A stretch of DNA of 43,582 nucleotides from a virus (taxonomy: Duplodnaviria; Caudoviricetes), in IMG/VR virus record IMGVR_UViG_3300037760_000034, positions 1-43,582 of that record. One strand, given 5' to 3'. Position numbers and translations under genes: made by a program. Under the pieces are notes generated by a model. The model worked only from the letters and a program-made list of their open reading frames with translations, was not told the origin of the DNA and did no database searches. Shown one piece after another: positions 8,852 to 16,892 of the stretch; the first letter of the stretch is position 1; each line of letters starts with the position of its first letter.

Positions 8852-9339
8852 GTGCGACGCCCGTACTCGGCAATCAGCATGGCGTCGGCGCGCCCGTCGT
8901 CTTTCTTCCGCTCGAAGAGTACCGCCCGGTCGGGCCACAGCTCCTGCGCGAGGCGGCGACCGGCGTCCTTGTCCTGGCCGAGCAGCCCGAAGTGGGCCTT
9001 CCACTTCTGCGGAGTGACTAGGGTGTAGTCGATGCCGAGCGCCGTCAGGATGCCGTGCCATGCCCCGACGCCGTAGCCCATGCTGAACATGGAGCGCACG
9101 CCCTGGCCGGGCATGCTGTGGATGTTCTCGACGAAGGCGTGCGACGGGATGCGAACGCCGCCCCGCTCTTGGTCCGCCCACGGCTGGAGCCAGATGACCA
9201 TCCGGCCCAGATCGTAGACGCGCTTCGTCCCGCGCGCCACCTTGTGCGTGAAGGTGGGCGTGTCGTACACCATCTTCTCGACGGGCTCGATCACGGCGAG
9301 CGCACCGTCGAGGCCGGGGTCGATGCCGATGATGTTCAT
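8839..9339 (-). CDS. ruvC: RuvC-like Holliday junction resolvase
   Basis: IIGIDPGLDGA, FVE, FSMGYGVG, VTPQKWK, DDGRADAMLIA motifs. Confidence 0.9.
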   Translation of the reverse strand: MNIIGIDPGLDGALAVIEPVEKMVYDTPTFTHKVARGTKRVYDLGRMVIWLQPWADQERGGVRIPSHAFVENIHSMPGQGVRSMFSMGYGVGAWHGILTALGIDYTLVTPQKWKAHFGLLGQDKDAGRRLAQELWPDRAVLFERKKDDGRADAMLIAEYGRRTRGV

Positions 9340-9515
9340 CGGCAGAACGCCAGGGCTTGCCCGACTACGTAGTCGTAGCCGAGGCCAAGGATCACGGCGA
9401 GTCCGACGAAGAAGGACGCGATCATCACGCCCAGCGCGCACGCCGCAGCAATCCGCTCGAAGGCGCGACGCACGGGACGTGGCCGGTCGGGGACATACGA
9501 ACTGTACTCGTGCAT
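9336..9515 (-). CDS. Small membrane protein
   Basis: 59 aa with one long hydrophobic segment; GGGAGG RBS. Confidence 0.55.
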   Translation of the reverse strand: MHEYSSYVPDRPRPVRRAFERIAAACALGVMIASFFVGLAVILGLGYDYVVGQALAFCR

Positions 9516-9616
9516 CACTTGGCCTCCCTCGGCTTGAAGGTCTTCTGCTTGCACCGCTGGCACGCGAGCTGGCTGGCGTGGTTGTGCGGGTAGTCGCAGG
9601 CCGCGCAGGTCTTCAC
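9515..9616 (-). CDS. Zinc-ribbon microprotein (33 aa)
   Basis: CAAC...CQRC; GTGA and TGATG overlaps with neighbours. Confidence 0.55.
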   Translation of the reverse strand: MKTCAACDYPHNHASQLACQRCKQKTFKPREAK

Positions 9617-10179
9617 TCGCCGCCTCCCTTGGGCTTCTCGTCGCCCTCGATGGTCACCTTGAAGGTGGCCTTGCTCGCGGTGTGGTAGACCACCACGCCC
9701 TCGGGATTCTCGAAGCCGGGCGCGGCGACTGATCCGCCCATCCGCAGATCCGCCAGGACATGGCCGATGGTGTGGCTGTCGAACGGTCCCTCGTACAGGA
9801 CAGGCACCACGCTGAAGAGCCCGTCGAGCGGCACCTGATAGCGGAACGGATTGAAGAGGGAGAAACGCTTGAACTCCTGATCGTAGCCGCGCTGAATGCC
9901 GCGCCCCCACCACTCACCGTAGTGGTAGCCAGGACCGAGCAGCTCGATCAGCTTCTGCGCGTGAAGGTATGCCCACGCGCCGAAGCCCATGTTGTCGCCG
10001 CGACCGGGCAGCACCCACCGGTTGCGACTCCCGACGTAGAGCGGGTCGGGGTACATCGTCGCCTCGATGGCGTCGGGGATGAAGAGCACCCCGTTGGTGC
10101 CGTCGATCTTCTCGGTGATGACGATGTCGCGGTTGAGCCGCGCGATCTTGGGGAATGGGATGAACCCAGGCATGTCCAT
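9613..10179 (-). CDS. RNA ligase family nucleotidyltransferase (Rnl2-like adenylyltransferase domain)
   Basis: FPKI, TEKIDGTNG (motif I), GSRNR, YGEW, FSLFN, EGVVV, FK motifs. Confidence 0.85.
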   Translation of the reverse strand: MDMPGFIPFPKIARLNRDIVITEKIDGTNGVLFIPDAIEATMYPDPLYVGSRNRWVLPGRGDNMGFGAWAYLHAQKLIELLGPGYHYGEWWGRGIQRGYDQEFKRFSLFNPFRYQVPLDGLFSVVPVLYEGPFDSHTIGHVLADLRMGGSVAAPGFENPEGVVVYHTASKATFKVTIEGDEKPKGGGE

Positions 10180-10180
10180 G

Positions 10181-11737
10181 TTATGCTCCCTTCTCGAAGG
10201 TCAGGGTCTCGCCGAGGAAGCGCATGCGCTGCATGCCCACGCGTCCGTCGCGGTTCTTCGCCACGTTCACTTCGATCTCTTCCGCTCCCGCCTCACGGTG
10301 CAGCAGCATCACGATGTCCGCGTCGTGCTCCAGCTCGCCCGACTCGCGAAGATCCGCGAGCTGCGGCCTCCACCGGGGCATGTCCCTCGGCGGACGGGAC
10401 AGGGACGACAGGACGATGGCGGGGATGCCCGTCGTCAGTGTCAGGGTGCGGATCTCGGAGCTGATGTGCTCGACCAGCGCCCGCTTGTCGCCACGCGACT
10501 GCATCTCCATCGGCCCCCGCAGGAGCTGGAGGTAGTCCACGATGAGCAGGTTCAGCTCGCCCTTGAAGTCGGCGACCGCATCCTTGAGCTGATCCACCGA
10601 CGAGAGGGTACTGATCCACAGCGGTAGCTCGACCAGCTTGGGCACCGCCGCCTCGATCTGCTTCCAGTCCAGCTCGTCGAGGTTCCCCGCCTTCAGCTTC
10701 GAGGCAGAGACGCAGCTCTGCTGGCACAGCATCCGCTTGAGCAGATTCTCCCTCGTCATCTCACGCGAGATGTAGAGCACGCTGCGTCCGGCCAAAGCCG
10801 AGCGCCGCGCGAGCTGCAGCGCGAGCGCAGTCTTGCCGACGCCAGGCCGCGCGCCGAGCAGGATGTACTCGCCCCGCTGCATCCCGCCGTCGAGCATGCC
10901 ATCGAGGGTGTCGTCACCGGTTGGCTGAAGCCGCGCCACGCCCCGCTTCAGGCTGGCGATCAAACCAGGCATGAGGCCAGCGATGTCAGACGGGGGTGGC
11001 TCCGGCTCCGGCTCCCGCTTGGCGATGGACTCGACGCACTTCTGCACGTCCGCCTCGGGGAAGGGCGGCTCGCAACGCGCGGCCCAACCCAGGAGCAGCT
11101 CGTACGTGGCCTCAGCGGGGAGCCCCTTGCCCAGCAGGTAACCCGCCAGCCGCGTACACGTCACGTCGCGTCCGCCCTCGCCCACCCCGGCGAGCGCCTC
11201 GGTCAGCCAGTTCTGTCCCGCCTGCGGTGCGCTCACGGTCGGCGTCGCGCGTGAAAGCAAGGCGACCAGCGCAGGAGGCGCAGGCGGCAGCTCGGCGATG
11301 TTCTCCATCTCCGTGATCCACGCGTACGTCTTGCCGCTGGCGTGAATGCTGGGCGGTGCGACGACGAAGCCCACGCCCCTGATGTCCACCTTGGGGAGCA
11401 AGCCCACCTTGTCGGGGCTGCTGCCCGCGACGAAGAGATGCTTGCCCTTGCCGGTGGAACTGCACGGGGTATCGAAGTGGAAGTCCACGCCCGCCTCGCG
11501 CAGCGCGGCCTCACCCTCTGGTCCGTCCACGTCGACGGCGAACATGCCCCGCCCCAGCACGAGCCCGACGTTGGCGTCGGGTGTGCTGGTCCACCATTCC
11601 ACGAGCTGCACGATGGTGGGCTGCGTCGTCTGAAAGTCCTTCCACGGTACGAGCGGGCGCTTGCCCTTGGGCTCGACCGGGATAGGGTGCAGCCCCTGGC
11701 CGTGATACTCCAGTGCTGCGTCGAGGAAGGTCTTCAT
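10181..11737 (-). CDS. Primase-helicase: bifunctional primase/polymerase N-terminus, PriCT-like linker, DnaB-type helicase
   Basis: GKRP, NVGL, AVDVDG, STGKGKH, GFVVAPPS; GARPGVGKT, IVDYLQL, DLRESGELEHDAD, AKNRDG. Confidence 0.9.
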   Translation of the reverse strand: MKTFLDAALEYHGQGLHPIPVEPKGKRPLVPWKDFQTTQPTIVQLVEWWTSTPDANVGLVLGRGMFAVDVDGPEGEAALREAGVDFHFDTPCSSTGKGKHLFVAGSSPDKVGLLPKVDIRGVGFVVAPPSIHASGKTYAWITEMENIAELPPAPPALVALLSRATPTVSAPQAGQNWLTEALAGVGEGGRDVTCTRLAGYLLGKGLPAEATYELLLGWAARCEPPFPEADVQKCVESIAKREPEPEPPPSDIAGLMPGLIASLKRGVARLQPTGDDTLDGMLDGGMQRGEYILLGARPGVGKTALALQLARRSALAGRSVLYISREMTRENLLKRMLCQQSCVSASKLKAGNLDELDWKQIEAAVPKLVELPLWISTLSSVDQLKDAVADFKGELNLLIVDYLQLLRGPMEMQSRGDKRALVEHISSEIRTLTLTTGIPAIVLSSLSRPPRDMPRWRPQLADLRESGELEHDADIVMLLHREAGAEEIEVNVAKNRDGRVGMQRMRFLGETLTFEKGA

Positions 11738-12066
11738 CAGACCTTGAAGAACTTCTGCTTGAGGGCCAGCTCTTGCCCGCGCCCGATGATCTCGGCGTAC
11801 GTCTCGGCAGCTTCGGCCAGCTCACCATCGGAGAGCAGATCGAAGAACTTGTAGCCCAGGTCCGCCAGCACGTCGTCGTCTGGCGTTCCCTTTGAAACGA
11901 CCAGACGCGGCTGCACTGACGCGCGTGCCTCGGCCACGGCGCACGACTTGAAGTCCGACGCCAGGTCCAGCTCATTCGGCTTCACGAACCCACGCTTGAG
12001 GATGCGCGGCAACGCGCGCAGCCAGTAGTCCGGTGACGGCAGCTTGTGCAGCTTACGCTTCGCCAT
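11737..12066 (-). CDS. Hypothetical protein
   Basis: 109-aa ORF, GGGAG RBS, TGATG coupling to primase-helicase. Confidence 0.65.
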   Translation of the reverse strand: MAKRKLHKLPSPDYWLRALPRILKRGFVKPNELDLASDFKSCAVAEARASVQPRLVVSKGTPDDDVLADLGYKFFDLLSDGELAEAAETYAEIIGRGQELALKQKFFKV

Positions 12067-12232
12067 GTTGGTCTCCCTTTGCCGCGAGTGCGGCTACGAT
12101 CTTTTGAGCCTGCTCGGACCCGAGCCCGCACGCCATGCAGGAGTACGTCACTGGGATGCCGCGATACCCGCCCATCTTCTGCCACGCGTCGGTGTTGCAC
12201 TTGGGGCAGGGCGCGATGGAGTAACTAGCCAC
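12053..12232 (-). CDS. Zinc-ribbon protein (59 aa)
   Basis: GTG start after GAGG; CPKC...CMAC. Confidence 0.55.
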   Translation of the reverse strand: MASYSIAPCPKCNTDAWQKMGGYRGIPVTYSCMACGLGSEQAQKIVAALAAKGDQHGEA

Positions 12233-13037
12233 GCGGCACCTCGGTCAGCTTCGCCTTGTCTTTGCGCCACGCGCGCACCTGGGCGGCGAGCTGCACGCCC
12301 TTCATGCCTTGCACCAGATCCGTCCAGTAGAGGGAGCACTTCCCCTCCCCAGCCGGGAGGTGGATGACGACACCGCGCTCCGTACTCACGCCCAGCACCG
12401 AGCGCGCCCCCGTCTTGGGGTCGTACCTCTTGCTGTTCGCGTACACAGTGAGCTGCATCGCGATCTTCGCGGTGTCATAGTCTATGTTGCCGGTCTTCAG
12501 GTCGGCGACGTATGCGCCGCCGTCGATCTCCAGCACGCGGTCGAACGTCCCGCCCACCTTCAGCTCGTCGTGGACCACGAACACCTCGATGTCCCGCTTG
12601 ACGATGCCCGCCGTCGCGCCGAGGTACGCGAAGATGTCCGGCGCGTGCGACTCCGGGAGCTGCGGCCTCTCGCCCCGGTCCCACCTCTCGGTCAGCTCAT
12701 GCAGCGCCGTGCCGATGGTCGCCTGCATCGAAGACCCTGCTGCCTCCAGCGCGGCCTCGGCCACGTCGTTCAGCGTGTCCTTGTCCAGCGTCGAGCCCGC
12801 GCGCAGGACTAGATCGGGGCGCTTGCTCATGCCGATGGCGACCATGCGCTGCTTCCAGGCTTCGAGCTGGTACCGATCCGAGAGCATGTCGATGAACGTG
12901 GTACACCGCTGGTACGCGACCGGCTTACCGCCACCCACCGGGATGATGAGCGGACGACCAAAGCCGTCGCGCTCCACCTCGGTGGCGTGCCCGACGACTG
13001 CCGCCTCCGACTTCGCTTTGGTCGTCCGCCGTGCCAT
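12225..13037 (-). CDS. PD-(D/E)XK exonuclease (RecB/Cas4-like phage family)
   Basis: GTALHE, GGTFDR, ADLKTG, QLTVYA motifs. Confidence 0.85.
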   Translation of the reverse strand: MARRTTKAKSEAAVVGHATEVERDGFGRPLIIPVGGGKPVAYQRCTTFIDMLSDRYQLEAWKQRMVAIGMSKRPDLVLRAGSTLDKDTLNDVAEAALEAAGSSMQATIGTALHELTERWDRGERPQLPESHAPDIFAYLGATAGIVKRDIEVFVVHDELKVGGTFDRVLEIDGGAYVADLKTGNIDYDTAKIAMQLTVYANSKRYDPKTGARSVLGVSTERGVVIHLPAGEGKCSLYWTDLVQGMKGVQLAAQVRAWRKDKAKLTEVPRG

Positions 13038-13041
13038 GCGC

Positions 13042-13257
13042 CTAGCTCCTGTCCCGCAGCACGTACGCTACGGTGCCCCGCGACACGTCGTCGCCCTTGA
13101 GGCGCATCGTCGCGATGAGGTGTCCATCTTCGCGCAGCTCGTGGATGCGCGCCGAGTAGCGATACCCGATGCGCTGGTTCAGCTCGTGGTTCGTCGCCAC
13201 GATGTCCCGCTTGAGCAGCGCCAGGAGCGCCGCCTTCTGCGACTCGCGCGCGGCCAC
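13042..13257 (-). CDS. Small winged helix-turn-helix protein
   Basis: SQKAALLALL...YRYSARIHELREDGHLI...VAYVL, typical of small phage HTH proteins. Confidence 0.7.
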   Translation of the reverse strand: MAARESQKAALLALLKRDIVATNHELNQRIGYRYSARIHELREDGHLIATMRLKGDDVSRGTVAYVLRDRS

Positions 13258-13808
13258 TAGAACGCTACCCCCTGCGCGATGAGCGTCTTCAGCATGCGGT
13301 CGGCCGGGTCGCCCTCCATGGACGCGATGGCGTCGGCGATGGCGTTGCCTGCCGCTGCGCCCTTGGCTTCGATCAGCTTCCCCTTCAGGTACTCGAAGGT
13401 GGGCTTGCTGCCCTGCTGCGGCGCCGGAGCCGCCTGCTGCTGGGGCTGCTGCTGCGGCGCCGGAGCCGCCTGCTGCGGCTGCTGCACCTGCCCGTCTTCC
13501 AGCCACGGCGTGGTCTCGAAGTTGTGGTACTCCTGCCCGGCCGAGCCGCGTTCCTTGCCGAGGTACAAGATGCGGACCCGCTGGCCGATCTTGATCTCGG
13601 CGAGCTGGCGCTCCAGCACCGTCTTCACGCCCACGGTCACCATCGTGCCGTCCATCTTGCGGATGTCGGCCAGCTTCCCCTCTTTGTACTGGCCCCTGGC
13701 CGGGGTCGTGCGGATGGCGACCAGCACACCGTCCACCTCCTGGCCGGTGGCCGTCCACTTCAGGATCGGTCCGCCCGCATTCCCTGCGATCTTCTGTCCC
13801 CAGCCCAT
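13257..13808 (-). CDS. ssb: Putative single-stranded DNA-binding protein (OB-fold with Q/P/A-rich linker)
   Basis: Beta-rich N-terminus with IGQRVRILYLG, low-complexity linker, first gene of the replication cluster, GGGAG RBS. Confidence 0.6.
   Translation of the reverse strand: MGWGQKIAGNAGGPILKWTATGQEVDGVLVAIRTTPARGQYKEGKLADIRKMDGTMVTVGVKTVLERQLAEIKIGQRVRILYLGKERGSAGQEYHNFETTPWLEDGQVQQPQQAAPAPQQQPQQQAAPAPQQGSKPTFEYLKGKLIEAKGAAAGNAIADAIASMEGDPADRMLKTLIAQGVAF
13413..13476. repeat. 28-bp exact direct repeat encoding QQAAPAPQQ twice
   Basis: CTGCTGCGGCGCCGGAGCCGCCTGCTGC at 13413-13440 and 13449-13476. Confidence 0.85.
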
Positions 13809-13900
13809 GGTGTCTCCCTTTGAGTGTAGAGTTTTTAGCATGCGGGCTGGTTGGTACAGGTCCAGTCCCGCTGAAACCTGGGGCTCTCTGTTCAGGCCCG

Positions 13901-13919
13901 TCACTGCTATACGCCGCGA
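13901..13919 (-). promoter_or_regulatory. Conserved 19-bp motif copy 2 (TCGCGGCGTATAGCAGTGA), candidate phage promoter
   Basis: Intergenic, immediately downstream of a terminator and about 90 nt upstream of ssb. Confidence 0.8.
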
Positions 13920-13923
13920 AGGC

Positions 13924-13959
13924 AATAAAAAACCCCCGAGCCGTGTGGGCCTCGGGGGT
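13924..13959 (-). terminator. Intrinsic terminator ending the early operon
   Basis: Minus strand ACCCCCGAG-loop-CTCGGGGGT followed by TTTTTATT, 5 nt after the sigma-like gene stop. Confidence 0.9.
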
Positions 13960-13964
13960 CGGAA

Positions 13965-14291
13965 CTACTCAACATCTGGCCCGTACAGGGCGCGATCCAG
14001 GTCCAGCGCCGTACCCATAGGCGTCTCGCGCCGGGACCGTTCACCGTCCCGCTTCCGATTCTTCACCGCGCCGGGTCCGGCCAACGCATGACGCGCATAG
14101 TCCACTGCCCGCCGAATGAACATGGCCGGAGTGATGGCGCTCCGTTGCTCCAGGTTGGACAGGAACTCAACCGAGGCTTTCTGCACGGCGTCTTCTGCTA
14201 CGTCGCGCGCGCCTCCCACTGCGGCGGCAGCGACCGCCACCGCCTTCTCGTACTGCTCCGTGTAGAGCTGCTCGAACTCCTCGCGGATCAC
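13965..14291 (-). CDS. Sigma-70/ECF region-2-only protein (no region 4)
   Basis: EEFEQLY..QY....AVA...G..DVAEDAVQKA.VEFL...AMFIRRAVDYARH matches the ECF sigma-2 pattern; only about 35 residues follow, with no HTH. Confidence 0.75.
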   Translation of the reverse strand: MIREEFEQLYTEQYEKAVAVAAAAVGGARDVAEDAVQKASVEFLSNLEQRSAITPAMFIRRAVDYARHALAGPGAVKNRKRDGERSRRETPMGTALDLDRALYGPDVE

Positions 14292-14662
14292 GGCCTACCG
14301 TACCTTTCCGCCGCCTGCGCGACAGTGAGTGTTTGCGGGCGCAGCTCCGGGTGCGGGTCCGTGACGTGAACGCCACCGACCTTCAGGTGTTCATTCAGCT
14401 CGTGCGTCTCCGCGCCGAGCAAAAACACGCGCACCCATTCGATGACGCTGGCGCGGTCCATCCCCTCCAAGACGCCAGGGCCGATAGTCTGCTCGTTGAT
14501 GATCGGACCCACTTCGCGCGTCAATGGGTCGGGCTCATTGTGCGACGTGGTAAGCCGGACCATGCCAGGGTACCCGTAGTACGCGCCCTCCTCGGCATGC
14601 AGATCCCACCCCGGCTTGTAGGACATCGAATCCACCAGCTTGACGAAATCCGTTGGCTTCAT
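14288..14662 (-). CDS. Conserved-looking phage hypothetical protein
   Basis: SYKPGW and ETHELNEHLKVGG..VTDPH motifs; GGAGG RBS. Confidence 0.65.
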   Translation of the reverse strand: MKPTDFVKLVDSMSYKPGWDLHAEEGAYYGYPGMVRLTTSHNEPDPLTREVGPIINEQTIGPGVLEGMDRASVIEWVRVFLLGAETHELNEHLKVGGVHVTDPHPELRPQTLTVAQAAERYGRP

Positions 14663-14799
14663 GAGGGCACCTCCTCGTGGTCCTTGTCCCACTCTCGCGC
14701 GTCTCTCGCGCAGAGGTAGATGGGCGTTGGTTTGTCCTGCTCGTTGCGCGCAAGGCGCATCGTACACTTCCGTACCTCTCCGCACTCGTGGCACTTCAT
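14659..14799 (-). CDS. Cys-rich microprotein (46 aa)
   Basis: MKCHECGEVRKC...YLCARD; ATGA overlap. Confidence 0.55.
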   Translation of the reverse strand: MKCHECGEVRKCTMRLARNEQDKPTPIYLCARDAREWDKDHEEVPS

Positions 14800-14800
14800 G

Positions 14801-14911
14801 CTAGGCATCGCGGCCACCCGCGCGCCAGACGGCGAGCAGCCCCGCCAGGATCAGCAGAACCGCCGCCGTCATGCCCAGTGCTACCAGGATGCTGACGTAC
14901 ATCTCGGCCAT
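14801..14911 (-). CDS. Small membrane protein (36 aa)
   Basis: GAGGAG RBS, single hydrophobic helix. Confidence 0.6.
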   Translation of the reverse strand: MAEMYVSILVALGMTAAVLLILAGLLAVWRAGGRDA

Positions 14912-14921
14912 GGTGTTCTCC

Positions 14922-15113
14922 TCACGCCCTCGGCGGGCACAATAGGTCGACGTTCCCGTGCGGATAGATGCACGGCCCCCACTTGGGGATCTCCAGCACG
15001 CGCCCGTCGAGCCTGACGGCGGGCTGCGTTGCCTGCGGACGCGGGGCCACGGTCGAGCACGCGCTCAGCGCGAACCCTACTAGCAGCGCCCAGGCCAGAA
15101 GTCGCTTGTTCAT
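14922..15113 (-). CDS. Small lipoprotein
   Basis: MNKR + hydrophobic core + lipobox LSAC; GGAGG RBS. Confidence 0.7.
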   Translation of the reverse strand: MNKRLLAWALLVGFALSACSTVAPRPQATQPAVRLDGRVLEIPKWGPCIYPHGNVDLLCPPRA

Positions 15114-15174
15114 GGTTCGCCTCCAGGGGCGAGGGGCCGTCCGGCCCCATCCGCCCCGACTAAGGTGAGCTGCG

Positions 15175-15915
15175 CTACTTGTCGCCGAGCCCGAAGGCGC
15201 GGCCCAGGCCGGTCAGCACCCGGAACTGCGACGCGGGCGCGAGCGCCTTGACGGCGCGCGTGGCCGCATTGTGCAGCCCCCACGCCGTGCGCGGCGCGGA
15301 GTCTTCGTAGCCGAGGGTCTCGGCCTTGAAGTAGTTGGTCGCCGCCTCGTCGAAAATGCTGACAGGCAGCACGCCCTGGTAGCGCAGATCGAACAGCGCC
15401 ACCTTGGCTTCGTCATCGGTCAGGGGCCGGGCCTCAGCGTCCACGATGGACGCCTCGAACCGCGCGGCAGCTCCGAGCCACCGTTGCAGCCCCTCGCGCA
15501 GCAGCGCCCGCAGGTGCAGGCCACGACTGTGCTTGTGGAGTGCGACCTTCTCACCCGACAGGGCGAGGTTGTCGCAGACGAAGACGCGGGCACCGCCCAC
15601 GAGCTGGACGGCGAGCGCCTTGTCATTGGAGTGCCTGAAGCCCAGCGCCATGGCGCGCCCACGCGGGAGCCCGCCACCCTGCGACAGGTCGAGCGCGCCG
15701 AAGAGGGCGAGCCCGTTCTTGCTCACGGCGAGCTGCTCGCGCTCGATGCCCAGGTCGATGCGGCCCAGCTCCTCGCCGAGCGTCGACACCAGCTCGCCGT
15801 GGGGGATGGGTCGCCACGTGGAGCTGCCTACGGGCGTGGGGAATTGCGCGAGCTGCTCACGCGTCACGACGCGACTCTGCTTGCTGATGAGCTGCGCGGT
15901 CTCGATGCGGTTCAT
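15175..15915 (-). CDS. DUF932/DUF945 family protein
   Basis: WRPIPH, LGFRHSND, GARVFVCDNL, HKHS, RTAWGLHNAAT motifs. Confidence 0.8.
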   Translation of the reverse strand: MNRIETAQLISKQSRVVTREQLAQFPTPVGSSTWRPIPHGELVSTLGEELGRIDLGIEREQLAVSKNGLALFGALDLSQGGGLPRGRAMALGFRHSNDKALAVQLVGGARVFVCDNLALSGEKVALHKHSRGLHLRALLREGLQRWLGAAARFEASIVDAEARPLTDDEAKVALFDLRYQGVLPVSIFDEAATNYFKAETLGYEDSAPRTAWGLHNAATRAVKALAPASQFRVLTGLGRAFGLGDK

Positions 15916-15917
15916 GG

Positions 15918-16133
15918 TTAAGCCTCCCTCAGCTTGGGGAACAACCTGCGTAGGTCGCTCCACCGGTTTAGGACGGAGCGTCGGTCAGTGTACCCGGCGC
16001 TCGTGGCAGGCAGGGTGAAAACCTTGCCGTTTGGTAGACGCCACTGCTCATGCCCACCTTTCTGCCGCACCGGGGTCGCGCCCAGCCCCCGTAGGAGCTG
16101 GGCGAAGTCCCCGTACGACCGAGGCGCGTTCAC
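15918..16133 (-). CDS. hicA: HicA-like (dsRBD-fold) protein
   Basis: LLRGLGATPVRQKGGHEQW...VFTLP pattern with the conserved GxH; 71 aa. Confidence 0.7.
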   Translation of the reverse strand: MNAPRSYGDFAQLLRGLGATPVRQKGGHEQWRLPNGKVFTLPATSAGYTDRRSVLNRWSDLRRLFPKLREA

Positions 16134-16339
16134 GGGCGCACGCCCAGCTCACGCGTGAACGCCTCGTGATAGGCGTCCTGCAGCGCGCGCCGAGCGGCCC
16201 GGTCCAGGCGCACATCGCCGTAGACCGCCTCGTCATTGTTCTTTTCGATGTCGCGGTACTCGCCCAGCTCAGCCGCCTCCGCCGCCTCACGACCAGCGGC
16301 CTCGGCGTTCTTCAGCATGATGACTTCTAGGCTCCTCAT
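16130..16339 (-). CDS. Hypothetical early protein
   Basis: 69-aa ORF, GGAGG RBS, GTGA overlap. Confidence 0.6.
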   Translation of the reverse strand: MRSLEVIMLKNAEAAGREAAEAAELGEYRDIEKNNDEAVYGDVRLDRAARRALQDAYHEAFTRELGVRP

Positions 16340-16341
16340 GG

Positions 16342-16548
16342 CTATGCCTCCCCTCCCTCGTCTGGGGTGAAGTACCCCGCCAGCTCGGACCGTTCGTCGT
16401 TCCCCTGCAGGACGATGGCCGGATGCCAGTCGGGCAGGCTCGATGCGCGCACGGCGCCGATAGCGTCAAGCGCGCGCTGTTCCTCGTCCTGCGCGAGCTG
16501 CGCCTCCGCCTCTCGCTTGTCTACGGGACCGCCAAAGTAAGGGTTCAT
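16342..16548 (-). CDS. Hypothetical early protein
   Basis: 68-aa ORF, AGGAG RBS, ATGA overlap. Confidence 0.6.
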   Translation of the reverse strand: MNPYFGGPVDKREAEAQLAQDEEQRALDAIGAVRASSLPDWHPAIVLQGNDERSELAGYFTPDEGGEA

Positions 16549-16736
16549 GAACGGATCTCCTGTCCTACGCGCTGAATGTCAGCGGCCAGAGGTGAGCGGC
16601 TGAAGGGCATGCCGCAGTAGCGGCACCGATAGTGCGTCAACCATCCGAGACGGCCCAGAAAGGCCTCCGCCTCGTCCTGCTCCTGCCCGCAAGCGGGGCA
16701 GGTGACCAGCTCTACATCGTCGTGGTCGTGGTTCAT
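16545..16736 (-). CDS. Zinc-ribbon early protein
   Basis: CPAC...CRYC; AAAGGA RBS. Confidence 0.65.
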   Translation of the reverse strand: MNHDHDDVELVTCPACGQEQDEAEAFLGRLGWLTHYRCRYCGMPFSRSPLAADIQRVGQEIRS

Positions 16737-16740
16737 TGTG

Positions 16741-16890
16741 TCATCCTTTCTGGAAGCGATTGACGCGGGCGACAATCGCCGCGCGCTGCTCCATCGTCAT
16801 CGTATCATGCCCGCCCCCAGCCGGGTGCGCTGGGCATGTATCCCAGCGCTCCCGGACAGGGATGGTGCCGCCGCAGTACACGCACTTCAC
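16741..16890 (-). CDS. Cys/His microprotein (49 aa)
   Basis: GTG start, CVYC...CPAH...H; fills the gap. Confidence 0.5.
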   Translation of the reverse strand: MKCVYCGGTIPVRERWDTCPAHPAGGGHDTMTMEQRAAIVARVNRFQKG

Positions 16891-16892
16891 GA

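Noticed and set aside
12225-13037. Cas4-like nuclease as evidence of CRISPR
   Set aside because: No repeat-spacer array or other cas genes seen; no Fe-S cysteine set; an ordinary phage recombination exonuclease.
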